This document shows positions 1 to 12,559 of a stretch of DNA of 64,000 nucleotides, piece after piece. Location of the stretch: contig OZ024756.1 of NCBI GenBank assembly GCA_964016885.1, positions 8,990,001-9,054,000 of the forward strand, written 5' to 3'. The position numbers and the translations under genes are program-made. Origin of the DNA: Eledone cirrhosa. Taxonomy: Eukaryota. Below the pieces are notes generated by a model that saw only the letters and a program-made list of their open reading frames with translations, ran no database searches and was not told the DNA's origin. Position 1 is the stretch's first letter. The number at the start of each line of letters is the position of its first letter.

Positions 1-125
1 TTTATCGACCCCGTAAGGATGAAAAGCAAAGTCAACCTCGGCGGGATTTGAACTCAGATCGTAAAGCGAGGTAACTATGCTGGAAAGCATGGCGTCCGAC
101 CCTCTACCGATACTGCCAATCCACA
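1..125 (-). mobile_element. tRNA-derived SINE (Meta/MESC-like core), cut by the window edge
   Basis: Minus strand reads GTGGATTGGCAGTATCGGTAGAG (A-box-like)...GAGTTCAAATCCC (B-box)...TTTCATCCTTACGGGGTCGATAAA; the same sequence recurs more than 12 times in the window. Confidence 0.85.
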
Positions 126-165
126 CGTACATAATGAATATATATATGCAGACATACATACATAC

Positions 166-733
166 ATGGTGGCTGCCAACTCGTTTTCGAGTACGGCCAC
201 TACTTTATATCCATGTAGGAGAACCCCTACCGATGCGCTGAACGAATGTGACTTTTTAGTCCAGCCAGCGACTTGAAAACTCTGGTACAAAGACTACACT
301 TGTGACCATTATTGACACATAGTGCTGGGCCCATGGTACCATGTGATGATAAGTGCAGAGAGATCTCCAGATATAAAGCAATACCTGTACCATGAAGCTT
401 TTATAGTGAGCAAAGGCACTGCACAAAGCCAGTCCCACTCTCTTAACCAAGATGATATTTACCAAAAAGAAGAACAAGTCAACATCATTGGATACCATCA
501 GGGTTGCAGGTGTTATATCAGTTTTCCTTCTCCTAGAATTCTGCCTTGACAAAGGCTAAGGGGTCATCTCTCCCAGTGATTTTGGATGGCCATTAACTCT
601 TAAGAGATCCATTGCCCTTTGACAGGTTTTGTTTTTAGTTCTGCAGGATGTCTAAAGTCACCCTCTTCACCAAGAAACCTTGGTGGGGTTGCCAGTTTAG
701 TCGCCAACGACCCGACCATGGGACAGGTTGTAC
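166..733 (-). mobile_element. Non-autonomous RTE-derived element, copy A (5'-truncated)
   Basis: Near-identical to 27589-28197, 30113-30723, 36214-36760 and 37470-37882; 3' end ...GAGTTGGCAGCCACCAT runs into microsatellite; flanked by (TACA)n. Confidence 0.8.
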
Positions 734-823
734 ATACATACATACATACATACATACATACATACATACATACATACATACATACATACGTACGTACGTA
801 CGTATGTATGTATGTATGTATGT
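731..823. repeat. Self-complementary compound microsatellite (TACA)n(TACG)n(TATG)n
   Basis: Read directly; (TACA)n and (TATG)n are reverse complements around a TACGTA core. Confidence 0.95.
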
Positions 824-1097
824 TACACAAATTTTCTCCTTGGCCAGCTTGCATTCTGAGAACTTAAATCTTAAAAAAAGCGATAGACGTTCCATACGAG
901 ATATATGTCTTCTAGACAGACCAGCTAAGCAGTGCTTACCCACCCTGGGACATTTCACTCAGTCACTCTGACATGGATAAAATGAAATTAAAGAAACTGG
1001 TCTGGCACTTCATTGGTTCAATCCTCTGTATTTATCTCAAAATAAATATATTATCTTGGGCCAAGATGTTCATAGATCAATCAAAAACGTCCCCGCA

Positions 1098-2925
1098 GCT
1101 GGTACAGTCGGTTGTTGGGTGTGTCACACTAGATGTGCCACTGGTAGAGTCGGTTGTTGGGGGTGTCACACTAGATGTGTCACTGGTAGAGCCAGTCGCT
1201 GGGTGTGTCACACTAGATGTGCCACTGGTACAGCAAGTCGCTGGGTGTGTCACACTAGATGTGTCACTGGTAGAGTCGGTTGTTGGGGGTGTCACACTAG
1301 ATGTGTCACTGGTAGAGCCAGTCGCTGGGTGTGTCACACTAGATGTGCCACTGGTACAGCAAGTCGCTGGGTGTGTCACACTAGATGTGTCACTGGTAGA
1401 GTCGGTTGTTGGGGGTGTCACACTAGATGTGTCACTGGTAGAGCCAGTCGCTGGGTGTGTCACACTAGATGTGCCACTGGTACAGCAAGTCGCTGGGTGT
1501 GTCACACTAGATGTGCCACTGGTAGAGTCGGTTGTTGGGGGTGTCACACTAGATGTGTCACTGGTAGAGCCAGTCGCTGGGTGTGTCACACTAGATGTGC
1601 CACTGGTACAGCAAGTCGCTGGGTGTGTCACACTAGATGTGTCACTGGTACAGCTAGTCGCTGGGGGTGTCACACTAGATGTGTCACTGGTACAGCTAGT
1701 CGCTGGGGGTGTCACACTAGATGTGCCACTGGTACAGCAAGTCGCTGGGTGTGTCACACTAGATGTGTCACTGGTACAGCTAGTCGCTGGGTGTGTCACA
1801 CTAGATGTGTCACTGGTACAGCTAGTCGCTGGGGGTGTCACACTAGATGTGCCACTGGTAGAGCCAGTCGCTGGGTGTGTCACACTAGATGTACCACTGG
1901 TAGAGCCAGTCGCTGGGTGTGTCACACTAGATGTGCCACTGGTAGAGCCAGTCGCTGGGGGTGTCACACTAGATGTGCCACTGGTAGAGCCAGTCGCTGG
2001 GTGTGTCACACTAGATGTGCCACTGGTAGAGCCAGTCGCTGGGGGTGTCACACTAGATGTGCCACTGGTACAGTCGGTTGTTGGGGGTGTCACACTAGAT
2101 GTGCCACTGGTAGAGCTAGTCACTGGGGGTGCCACACTAGATGTGCCACTGGTAGAGCTAGTCACTGGGGGTGCCACACTAGATGTGCCACTGGTAGAGC
2201 TAGTCACTGGGGGTGCCACACTAGATGTGCCACTGGTAGAGCTAGTCACTGGGGGTGCCACACTAGATGTGCCACTGGTAGAGCTAGTCACTGGGGGTGC
2301 CACACTAGATGTGCCACTGGTACAGCCAGTCGCTGGGGGTGCCACACTAGATGTGCCACTGGTAGAGCCAGTCGCTGGGTGTGTCACACTAGATGTGCCA
2401 CTGGTACAGCCAGTCGCTGGGGGTATCACACTAGATGTGCCACTGGTAGAGCCAGTCGCTGGGGGTGTCACACTAGATGTGCCACTGGTAGAGCCAGTCG
2501 CTGGGGGTGTCACACTAGATGTGCCACTGGTACAGCCAGTCGCTGGGGGTGTCACACTAGATGTGCCACTGGTACAGCCAGTCGCTGGGGGTGTCACACT
2601 AGATGTGCCACTGGTAGAGCCAGTCGCTGGGTGTGTCACACTAGATGTGCCACTGGTAGAGCCAGTCGTTGGGGGTGTCACACTAGATGTGCCACTGGTA
2701 GAGCTAGTCACTGGGGGTGCCACTCTAGATGTGCCACTGGTACAGCCAGTTGTTGGAGTGCCACTCTAGATGTGCCACTGGTACAGCCAGTTGTTGGAGT
2801 GCCACTCTAGATGTGCCACTGGTACAGCCAGTTGTTGGAGTGCCACTCTAGATGTGCCACCGGTGCAGACAGTCGTTGGGGTGCCACCCTCCTTGATGTG
2901 CCACTGGTACAGCCAGTCATTGGAG
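1098..2925. repeat. 42-bp GC-rich minisatellite, about 43 units, with a 126-bp three-unit higher-order pattern in its left part
   Basis: Unit CTGGTAGAGCCAGTCGCTGGGTGTGTCACACTAGATGTGCCA; 14-aa periodicity in the ORF track. Confidence 0.95.
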
Positions 2926-3165
2926 TTCCACCCTTCTTCTTGAGAGGGTCGTGGGAGAAAATTCCTTCCAACTGATCCGGTTGGATCCCCCAAGCGAGAC
3001 CAGCCAAGCTCATGGATGTTATCTAACCAGCTTGCGCAGCCGCAGTATGCGAGCTGTGATCTTTCAATTCCGAGAAGTTGCGGCTCTATCTTTAGCAACT
3101 CTCTCATCTCCGAGCTACGCATTCTATCGAGTAATGTTACCCCCAAAGACCCTTCAGAGGAACCC
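2926..3165 (-). mobile_element. RTE-clade (Rex3-like) LINE 3' fragment
   Basis: GVTLLDRMRSSEMRELLKIEPQLLGIERSQL...WLDNIHELGWSRLG resembles RTE/Rex3 C-termini; homologous to 63316-64000. Confidence 0.8.
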
Positions 3166-3504
3166 CGTACATACATTTGTTTATTTTAAATACATTTATC
3201 AAAGAAAAAACAAATTACACTGCCTCCCCAGAACCTTGTTGCTTTACAGCTGTAAATCTTTTTTCATTTTCCTCGCTGGTTTATGTTTGTCGAAATCAGA
3301 ATGTGGATTGTGGTATTTATTAAGAGAGATAGAAGAAAGAAAAGTCGACTAAGTTGTTCTGCAGTGTCATGGCTGGATCGTCTTCAAAGCAGAGTAGAAA
3401 CATCTGCAATAACTCTCTTTCGTACGTCATGTTGAAATACAATGTTATAGACAATCCCAGTAATTCAAAACACCAACATTGGGACTACGAGAGAGGGAGA
3501 GAGC

Positions 3505-3537
<33 letters not shown>

Positions 3538-3997
3538 TGTTTGTGTGTATGTATGCGTGAGTGTTTATGTGTGTATATGTGTGAGTGTTTGTGCGTGTGT
3601 GTGAGAGAGAGAGAACAAAAAAAACACAGAATTATGAAAATAAAAATAACTAAACACTAAAAAAGAAAAAAAAACCGAAAAGCTAGCATAAAAGACTAAA
3701 ACTAAATACAGAATTTTCAGGGTGCTTCTGTAGGGTAGCTGTAAATTGGTTGAGTGTTTTAGCGCTTAATTCCATCGTTGTTCTGGTTGTGAAATATAAG
3801 ACATCTAAAGACTCGTGCTGACACATAACATGAGATGTTATTGTTGATGGGTCTGTTTCATGTAATTTATCATGTTCACTGTTTGGTGACAAGAATATTA
3901 GCAACTTTGTGAACAACAGTGACCTTAATAAAGGATTGTAGAGAAATGGTAGTACCGTCAGTGAATCCATGTGCCACTAGTCAACTTGAGGATATGA

Positions 3998-4553
3998 TAA
4001 TAATTGTTTCTACTTTTGGCACAAGGCCAGCAATGCCCAGTGTATTACTGGTACTTTATTTTATCGATCCTGTGATAATTGTTTCTACTTTTGGCACAAG
4101 GCCAGCAATGCCCAGTGTATTACTGGTACTTTATTTTATCGATCCTGTGATAATTGTTTCTACTTTTGGCACAAGGCCAGCAATACCCCAGTGTATTACT
4201 GGTACTTTATTTTATCGACCCTGTAATAAATGTTTCTACTTTTGGGGGCACAAGGCAAGCAATACCCAGTGTATTACTGGTACTTTATTTTATTGACACC
4301 GTAAGGATGAAAGGCAAAGTTAACCTCGGCGGGATTGGTTTCTGATTTAGGCACCAGGCCAATAATTTGAAGGGAGGGGGAAAGTCGATTAAATCAAGCC
4401 CAGTGTATTACTGGTACTTTATTTTATCGACCCCCGTAAGCATTAAAGGCAAAGCTAACCCCGGCGGGATTTGAACTCAGAACGTAAAGAGCCGTAACTC
4501 TAAGCAACAAAGCATGGTGTCCAACGCTCTACCGATACTGTCAATCCGCCGCC
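3998..4553 (-). mobile_element. SINE cluster: tandem ~72-bp SINE 3' modules plus one full SINE
   Basis: ATAATTGTTTCTACTTTTGGCACAAGGCCAGCAATGCCCAGTGTATTACTGGTACTTTATTTTATCGA repeated about 4 times, then a full copy with tRNA-like head at about 4335-4553. Confidence 0.85.
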
Positions 4554-4924
4554 CTATAATGATAATGAAAAGAGCTATAAATTTCAAAGAAAACATAAAT
4601 GTTGTAAACTTCAAGGATGAAACAGTGAGATCAAACACAGAATTACGCCATTTTCTCGTTGGTTGACCATGCATACATAAAGAATCATTGCGGAACTTAA
4701 TAAAACAATATACACAACAAGAGAGAAATACATTAGTTGATAACACAACCATCCTATATAGAATTCCACAACAAAACCAGATTAAATCTGTAATCTTTAC
4801 TAATAACGAAATACAAACCAAACCCAAATCAACAGACTAAGAAAATAATCAACATACAAACGCGCGCGTGTGTGTGTATGTATGTATGTATGTATGTATG
4901 TATGTATGTATGTATGTATGTGTG

Positions 4925-4991
<67 letters not shown>

Positions 4992-4997
4992 ATGTAT

Positions 4998-7900
4998 GTC
5001 TGTTATCTCTTTCTCTTAATTTCGAGTATATTTTTTTTTTTGACCGGCCACCTTCCTGGTGGCAAGGTTGTAAAAGAAAAGAAATTGTCATCCCTTCAAT
5101 CGCAAGAATGTTTTGCAAATTTTGAAGGTGCCAGCTATCGCAGCCATTTGTAGACTATGAATTAGGGAGGTGCGCTTTTTGTCCGCAAATCCAAGTTCAG
5201 TCATACTTTGGTCCAAGCGGGTTGGTATATAACCCCTAGCTCCAATAATGATGGGTATGAAGCTAAAGGTGTATCTTGGATACTGGATTTGTAAACTCCT
5301 CATCAATGGTCCGTAGATGTCCTCCTTCTCCTGTATTTTTCTGACAACGTTTACATCAAGTGGGCAGCTGATCTCCACAACAGAACACGTTTTCAATGTG
5401 TGGTCCCAAACAACAATATCAGGCCGGTTGTACTTTAATTTGGTGGCAGTTTTTATTTTCAGGTTCCACCAGTATTCCTTTGTGCCATCTGTCTCAATAT
5501 ATTCTTCCTCGTTTGTTTTTAATTTTGTTTTCCGAAGTGCGTTCCAGATGGTTCTAGCTATCCCATCGTATCTCATGGGGAGGTAGTAGCGAGATGATAT
5601 TCTTTCGCAGCTGGCAACAATGTGGCTTACATCCTCGATCTTTGTTTTACATAGCCTACATTTATTGTCAGCTGCTGGCCCTCCTCTTTTGTGCAGCAGA
5701 TATTTGGTAAGGAGTTCTTGTTCCTGTATTGCATAGAGATATCCCTCAAGGTGTGATGTCATAAACTTGTCGGAACTCCATGCCAGGTTTTTTGAGTGGT
5801 TTATCCTCTCTATGGTCTGTGTTTTACGTCTCAAGTATCCATGCACAACCTTTTCTGTAAATTGGTCAATTTTTTTATCTTGTTTGAACATTGAATAGGA
5901 TCTTCCGATTTCTCTGGGTGAGAGATTTATATCAGGCTTTATTCCATATCTCTCCTCCAGATCAGTCGCTATTCTAATGATATTTTTTTTTCCATGCTCA
6001 TAAATCTGGGCAAGATGGTTGCCAACCTTTTTCCTCTGTTGAAGATGTTGCTTCAGTGTTACTATCCGGGTCTCATATGTTGTTAATATTGATTTTAGAC
6101 CCCGGCCACCTTCCTTGCGTGAGAAGTATAGCCTATCCACATCACCATTGATGTTAAAGTTCCCAGTAACACTGAGAAGTTTGCGAGTTCTAACATCCAT
6201 CTCACTTAGTTCTTGCAATGACCAGTTCAGCAGGCCAAATGTTGGCGTTAGAATTGGCACAGCATAAGTATTGTGGGCAATGTATTTGTTGTACGCTGAC
6301 AGTTCTGATGACCATATTTTCTTTACTCTTCTGAGGTATTCAGTTCTGGTTCTCTCCTTATTTATGGGTCCATCATATCTGACATTCTCATCCTGTCCAA
6401 GATATCTGTAGTTGTCACCTGACTGTAGAGGTTGTATTGTCAGGCCGTTCATCTCTAGATTTCTAGAGGAGGGCACAGCTCTTCCACGTTTTACTGTCAA
6501 ATATGCACACTTGGACTCACCAAATTTCATTTTGATATCGGTTGAAAATTGTGTAATGAGGTCCAATTGTTTCTTGTTGTCATTGATATTTGGCCCATAC
6601 AACTTCAGGTCATCAACAAAGAAAAGATGGGAGATATTTCTGGACCCACTTCTTTGTCCACCTTGTTTCCTGAGTAGGTAAGATAGTGGATTCAGTGAGA
6701 GAACGAAGAGTAGCACTGACAAGCTATCACCCTTCTGGTAATGTATCTTATCAGTCTTAACTTGCTCCTTCTCACCTCTAAGGATCAAATTGGTGTACCA
6801 GTTCTTGGTCAGGCGTTCAACAGCAGCTACCAATGGTTGTGGGACTTTGGCTAACTGTAAAACCTTAATAATCCACCCATGAGGTACACTATCAAATGCT
6901 TTTTGATAGTCCAGCCACACCACAGTCATGTTTCTGCGATTCTTTGTTGTTTTTTCCTGAATCATTTTATTTGTTAGTAGGTGATCTATGCAACCCCACA
7001 CCTCCCTCTTTCCACCAGCTTGCTCGGGTGTTATGATGTTGTTGGTAGCACAGTGATCCTGTAAGAACAGGTTAAAGCACCCAGTATATAATTTATACAT
7101 GATGTTTTGGCAGGCTATTGGGTGGTAATTTTTAGCAAGGGTGGTTTGGCTATTTTGGGGAATGAGGAGAGTAGTGGCAGTTGATAACCATCTGGGCAGT
7201 TCTTGTGTGCCTTTAGTGGTTTCTGTAAACAGCCGTATGAGATCTTGCCGATAGAAAGTGAAATTCTTCAACCAGTATCCTGTAATGAGGTCTGGGCCTG
7301 GCGATTTCCTATTCGACATTTTCTGTAGAGCTGTTTCCAGTATTGACACATCTATGTCATATTGTTTTGTCTGAACATGTTGGCAGTAGTCCTGTTCCAG
7401 TTCTTTTAGCCAATTAGTTTGTCTGTTGAATCCGTCATCCGTTTCCCATACAGATCTCCAGTAGCTCTCAACCTGTTCTTTTGAAGGGGTGTCATTTACA
7501 GGGATTGAGCTTTTGCCACCGAAGCTGCGATAAACTGATTTAGGATCTCTGGCAAACAATCTATTTAGCACTTGTCGTTTATGTGCTGTTGACTTATATT
7601 TTAGTGTTTCTGTTGTAGCTGTGAGTTGTTGTTTCAACTGGTGTAATTTGGAGTTCAAAGTTTTAAATTTTGTATCTCCAAATCGTCTCTCTAACCTTTT
7701 TTTAGGTCTTCCTGGTGTCATGTGAAGTTGCTCTCTATGTTGCATTTCATAACGACTGCGATGTGTGAGATACTGCGTCTCAGGGACAAAATTTTGCTTT
7801 TTAGATGTGTGTTATATGATAGCAATGTGACAGCTGAAACATATAACAAAATATTAAGCGTTTCAAATGTCGTTTCTACACCTTTAGATCGTATAGCCTT

Positions 7901-9138
7901 CAGATAATTGCCAGCTATTTCGTTCACCGCTTCCAATATCAATTTAGTGGGTTCTTTACTGATTCTGGTTTTGTATGGTCTGTCACTCACATTAAGGCTC
8001 TGTATCTCTTGAAACATATCGTTCCATATCACTTGTAAGGTGTCCACAAGTTTTTGGTGTTCTGTTTGTTCAGTAGTCATGAATTTTAGCCTCGTTGTTG
8101 ATGTGGTGACAATTACTACTAGAGTTAGCTGACCTATCTCGCTGTTCTTCAGTGGAAGTGGGATGGATTTCAGCAAAATTGTTGGTGAGCTGTTTGTTCA
8201 CTGTTAGATTTAGCTGGCCATTCTCTTTGTCTGTCAGTGGAGGTGGGGTGGTTGTCTACAAGGGCTGTATTTGTAGTATCACTCAATTCCGTTAGATGTA
8301 TCAATTTACATCTAATGATACGTTTTGCCTGTTCATTTATAAATACTTTGGAGAAAAGTCTAATTCTGGGTGTTTGGAATTCCATAAAGTTTTTAGCCTT
8401 TGCATAAAACCGAACTTTTGGGGTTCAGATTGTTTGTATGCTTCATATAATTCTTTGTTAAGCTCGTAGCTCCACTGTGTACAACGGTTGTAGTTGCGAT
8501 TTGGTCGAAGGAGACTTGTACTTTTTGCCATGATGAGTTCGTCTATTCACTAATATTTCGTATTTATTTTTCAAAATAGTCGATGATCTTCTTTAAAAGT
8601 TTCGACAAAGTTCTGTCAGAATCAAATTTAAAGTTATTCACAGCTTGGGTAATATTTCTTTTCGGTTAGTTTTTAATTCTACAACTGTGTTTTAAACGTT
8701 CTTGAATCGTTTGAATCGAGAACAAAAAGAACCGTTACTTAGTATATTTCTTTATGAATGTAATATAATATAACAACGCTGTATTTATATGTTAATGTTT
8801 ATGTATCATTCATATAAATAGGTGTTCTACAACTTATTCACAACATATTCACAGTTCAAACACTTATGTTTTTGTTTCTGAATCGAAAACGTTACTTGTA
8901 TATTTCTTTATAAATGTAATATAACAACGTTGCATTTATATGTTAAAGTGTATGTATCGTTCATATAAATAGGTATTTTACAACACACTTACAGTTCAAA
9001 CACTTATGTAGAATTATTGTATGTAATCTTACCGCGTAATGTAGCTCAACTTTTTCCAATATATGGTATGTTGCCTTCATGTAAGCCGTAATTACACACG
9101 TCCGATTATCGGACACTGACTACAACAGTCGCCATTGT
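4998..9138 (-). mobile_element. R4/Dong-clade non-LTR retrotransposon (RT plus restriction-like endonuclease), near full length, frameshifted
   Basis: ORF pieces 8337-8531, 8170-8385, 7718-8176 and 5088-7745; Dong-like N-terminus (QWSYELN...GFMQRLKTLW); flanked at both ends by (TATG)n/(TG)n. Confidence 0.9.
5088..7745 (-). CDS. Reverse transcriptase-CCHC-RLE polyprotein, main 885-aa fragment
   Basis: KSPGPD, WLDYQKAFDSVPH, GDSLS and FFVDDLKLY (RT); CRLC-x8-H-x4-C zinc knuckle; NRPDIVV...VEISCP...EK..Y (PD-D/ExK RLE). The upstream frame is broken, so probably non-functional. Confidence 0.85.
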   Translation of the reverse strand: MQHREQLHMTPGRPKKRLERRFGDTKFKTLNSKLHQLKQQLTATTETLKYKSTAHKRQVLNRLFARDPKSVYRSFGGKSSIPVNDTPSKEQVESYWRSVWETDDGFNRQTNWLKELEQDYCQHVQTKQYDIDVSILETALQKMSNRKSPGPDLITGYWLKNFTFYRQDLIRLFTETTKGTQELPRWLSTATTLLIPQNSQTTLAKNYHPIACQNIMYKLYTGCFNLFLQDHCATNNIITPEQAGGKREVWGCIDHLLTNKMIQEKTTKNRRNMTVVWLDYQKAFDSVPHGWIIKVLQLAKVPQPLVAAVERLTKNWYTNLILRGEKEQVKTDKIHYQKGDSLSVLLFVLSLNPLSYLLRKQGGQRSGSRNISHLFFVDDLKLYGPNINDNKKQLDLITQFSTDIKMKFGESKCAYLTVKRGRAVPSSRNLEMNGLTIQPLQSGDNYRYLGQDENVRYDGPINKERTRTEYLRRVKKIWSSELSAYNKYIAHNTYAVPILTPTFGLLNWSLQELSEMDVRTRKLLSVTGNFNINGDVDRLYFSRKEGGRGLKSILTTYETRIVTLKQHLQQRKKVGNHLAQIYEHGKKNIIRIATDLEERYGIKPDINLSPREIGRSYSMFKQDKKIDQFTEKVVHGYLRRKTQTIERINHSKNLAWSSDKFMTSHLEGYLYAIQEQELLTKYLLHKRGGPAADNKCRLCKTKIEDVSHIVASCERISSRYYLPMRYDGIARTIWNALRKTKLKTNEEEYIETDGTKEYWWNLKIKTATKLKYNRPDIVVWDHTLKTCSVVEISCPLDVNVVRKIQEKEDIYGPLMRSLQIQYPRYTFSFIPIIIGARGYIPTRLDQSMTELGFADKKRTSLIHSLQMAAIAGTFKICKTFLRLKG

Positions 9139-9319
9139 ATGAGTGTAGGTATGTATGTATATATGTATGTATGTATGAGTGTAGGTATGTATGTATATAT
9201 ATGTGTGTGTGTGTATGTATGTGTATGTACGTGCGTACATACGTATGCATGTATGTATGCATGCATGTATGTATGTATGCATGCATGCATGCATGTATGT
9301 GTGCATATATGTGTGTATG

Positions 9320-10064
9320 TTCTTCTGGTTCTTCTGGTTTTATAATTTCACAAAGTTTTACCAATAGAGAGAGAGTCGGTTTCTAACATAGACACAAGAC
9401 TCTCTCATTGTAATTTACACAACATCAACTAGGTAGATATGTATGTATGCATGTGTAGATATGGATGTAATTGTATGTGTGGATGTGGATGTTTTGAGTT
9501 GTATGTGTGCATGTGTATATGCTTTGTATCTGTACATGTGTATATGCAGTTATTAGATGCAACATTTTTGGAATGTTTTACATAATTTTACTGTTCCATT
9601 AATGGATTGTACTTGTAATTTCCTAACTAGTTGTGTTCTTTCTGTTCCTGTGAAGCCTAGCTTCTCAAGAGTTGTATTGAGGCAGTTACTAATATACCCC
9701 AATGCCCCAATAATCACAGGCATAAATCTGAAGGTGTAATCGGCAGATTTCTCATTTGTTCTGCATAAATATACTCCTTTTCGTTAATCTTTGATATTAT
9801 ATTGGCATCTGCTGGGCAGCTAATTTCCACTACTGTGCATGCTTTCTTCTCCCTGTCTCATATCATAATATCTGGTCTGTTATGCCTGCATTTTATTGGG
9901 GTTTTTACTGGAACATTCCACCAGTACTCTTTCATATTATGTATATATATGTCTTCTACATTGCTGTAGCTTTTAATGTGTTTATTATCGGGGCTATCTT
10001 TTTTACGGACTGTATCGTACAGTGTTTTGGGAACTACATCAAGTCTGATAGGTAGATAGTACCG
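9320..10064 (-). mobile_element. Second, diverged R4/Dong element, 5'-truncated to the RLE and 3' UTR
   Basis: Minus strand translates RYYLPIRLD...KEYWWNVPVKTPIKCRHNRPDI...TVVEISCP...GTVKLCKTF, homologous to the C-terminus at 5088-5600; both ends in (TACA)n. Confidence 0.85.
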
Positions 10065-10489
10065 TATGTATGTATGTATGTATGTATGTATGTATGTATG
10101 TATGTATGTATGTATGTATGTATGTATGTATGTATGTATGTGTGTGTGTGGCGGTGTAATGTATGTGTATGTATGGTACAGGAACCGTCAATATATTCGT
10201 ATCTAATATTTCAATTCTACCGATAGTATTAGAGAATCTTCATCTTCAAAGCAATCGTTGAAACGGTAGAAATAAACGAGAAGAGGCAACATTTATTTCT
10301 CTAACTACAGCTTGTTAGTAGTAATAAAATATATTGTGGAAGCCATAGGAAAGTCGTAAAGAACATATTTCTACAAAATGATAAGAATATTACAACTAAC
10401 AAGAATCCCGACCTAACATAAAGAACCTAATAGACTCGGCATATATCTATAAAGCCTACATGCAATGTGTCTCTCAGTTGCACGTGTAT

Positions 10490-10684
10490 GTAGGACCCCA
10501 ACAGCTGAGCTCAAGCCATTTCGACGGCTAATTCTGGACTAAAAACGTCCAGAATTAGCCGTCGAAACGGCTTGAGCTCAGCCGTTGGGGTCCTACTCGT
10601 TCCTATTACCCACTCTACTACCCTAAGTATTGAGTACTTTGGTGCGTTATGGTCCACCTGGTTCCTTACCACATTTCTTCCGTT
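10490..10684 (+). mobile_element. Short palindromic element with one-sided tail (family P2), copy 1
   Basis: About 50-bp inverted arms 10490-10539/10547-10596 plus tail ending in (TA)n; second copy at 42718-42921. Confidence 0.8.
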
Positions 10685-10862
10685 ATATATATATATATGT
10701 AGAGGTTATATTTAATTTGTTGGGATACAACAAGCAAAATATTTTTATAACTGATATAAAGCACTCAACAAATTATTGGAGTAAATATACAATATATTAA
10801 CAAATGGAAACTATATTTTTTCAGGGTATGTCAATATTTATTTATAAAACTAACCTATATTA

Positions 10863-10919
10863 TATTTTATCTGATGAAAGGGCACCATAGTTTGCCTTGA
10901 AATATGTATAATGAAATAA
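10863..10919 (+). ncRNA. Minimal type I hammerhead ribozyme motif inside a 33-bp inverted repeat (10786-10818/10932-10964)
   Basis: TATTTTAT-CTGATGA-AAGGGCA..TGCCTT-GAAA-TATGTA-TA-ATGAAATA; helices I and II pair. Confidence 0.7.
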
Positions 10920-11508
10920 ATATGGTTTTATAAATATAGTTTCCATTTGTTAATATATTGTATATATATAAATATATATTTCTCTCGGTTACTTGTTTAC
11001 ATGTGCCATTGTCCCGTGTTCCCCCTTCTATCGGTAACCACACGTTATCAGTAACCACACAGTCCTCTTCTCATCCATATTATATATATCTATATTTCTA
11101 AAACAGAGAATATCTGTCTGTCTGACTCCTTAAAACTCGAGAACCACCCAACCGACTTTTTTCAAACTTTACACATGTAATACTTATGGTCGTGTGAGTG
11201 TTTTGAGCAAAGGATATTTCAAATTTTAAATGCCCTAGGGACCGCATTAGGCGATTTAGCGATCTCTCTCTATAATTCTTAGTCTTTCTTTTTAGATAGA
11301 TACATAGATATAACGTTGCGCCCTTATAATATTTGTCGGTATGTCTGGCTGTCTGCATTACGACATTATGATGTCACTATCTGTGTGTGTGTGTGTATAT
11401 ATGTATATATAGTGTGTGTATATGTATATATATAGTGTGTGTATATATATATATAGTGTGTAACATTTTTCGAAATATTTACTTCTGCGTTCACATATTT
11501 ATTTTTTT

Positions 11509-11559
11509 AGTTTCAGAAGATCCCGTTAAGGGTGAAAGCAGCGATTTTTTGCTTAAACT
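11509..11559 (+). ncRNA. Hammerhead-like motif with variant core CAGAAGA
   Basis: AGTTT-CAGAAGA-TCCC GTTAA GGGT-GAAA-GCA..TGC-TT-AAACT; same on the minus strand at 29929-29979, truncated at 38233-38287. Confidence 0.6.
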
Positions 11560-11570
11560 TTAATCTGTTA

Positions 11571-12247
<677 letters not shown>

Positions 12248-12559
12248 ATTATATATTCGTGTACAGATATTTTTGCATACACAATAACAACATATAAACA
12301 AATGTATTTATTTCACGAGGCTTGATAAGGATAAATATATATCAAATATATAAGAACCCTAGAGCAAATCTCGAACAACGCCGGGCCATTCTGCTAGTAT
12401 ATATGTAAAATGTGTGTGCGTGCGTGCGTGTTATGAAACTTTATTGCATATTACAACTGTTTCCATATCGATCAGCTCGGGTTTGATCAGGCGATCAGAT
12501 CACGATTCATATTCAGATATGGGTTGTCCCACCCAAACTATGCTCACACTTATCTGCAC

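Noticed and set aside
75-552. Recurrent small ORFs (MLGPWYHV..., MVSNDVDL..., MYQSFQVA...) as a multigene family
   Set aside because: They are incidental frames of the five-copy RTE-derived element.
973-2810. 550-600 aa ORFs in three frames (mucin-like, Val-rich, Cys/Arg-rich)
   Set aside because: They follow from a stop-free 42-bp unit; no unique domain, convincing gene context or splice evidence.
3683-3970. 95-aa ORF in unique sequence as a host exon
   Set aside because: No recognisable motif or splice support.
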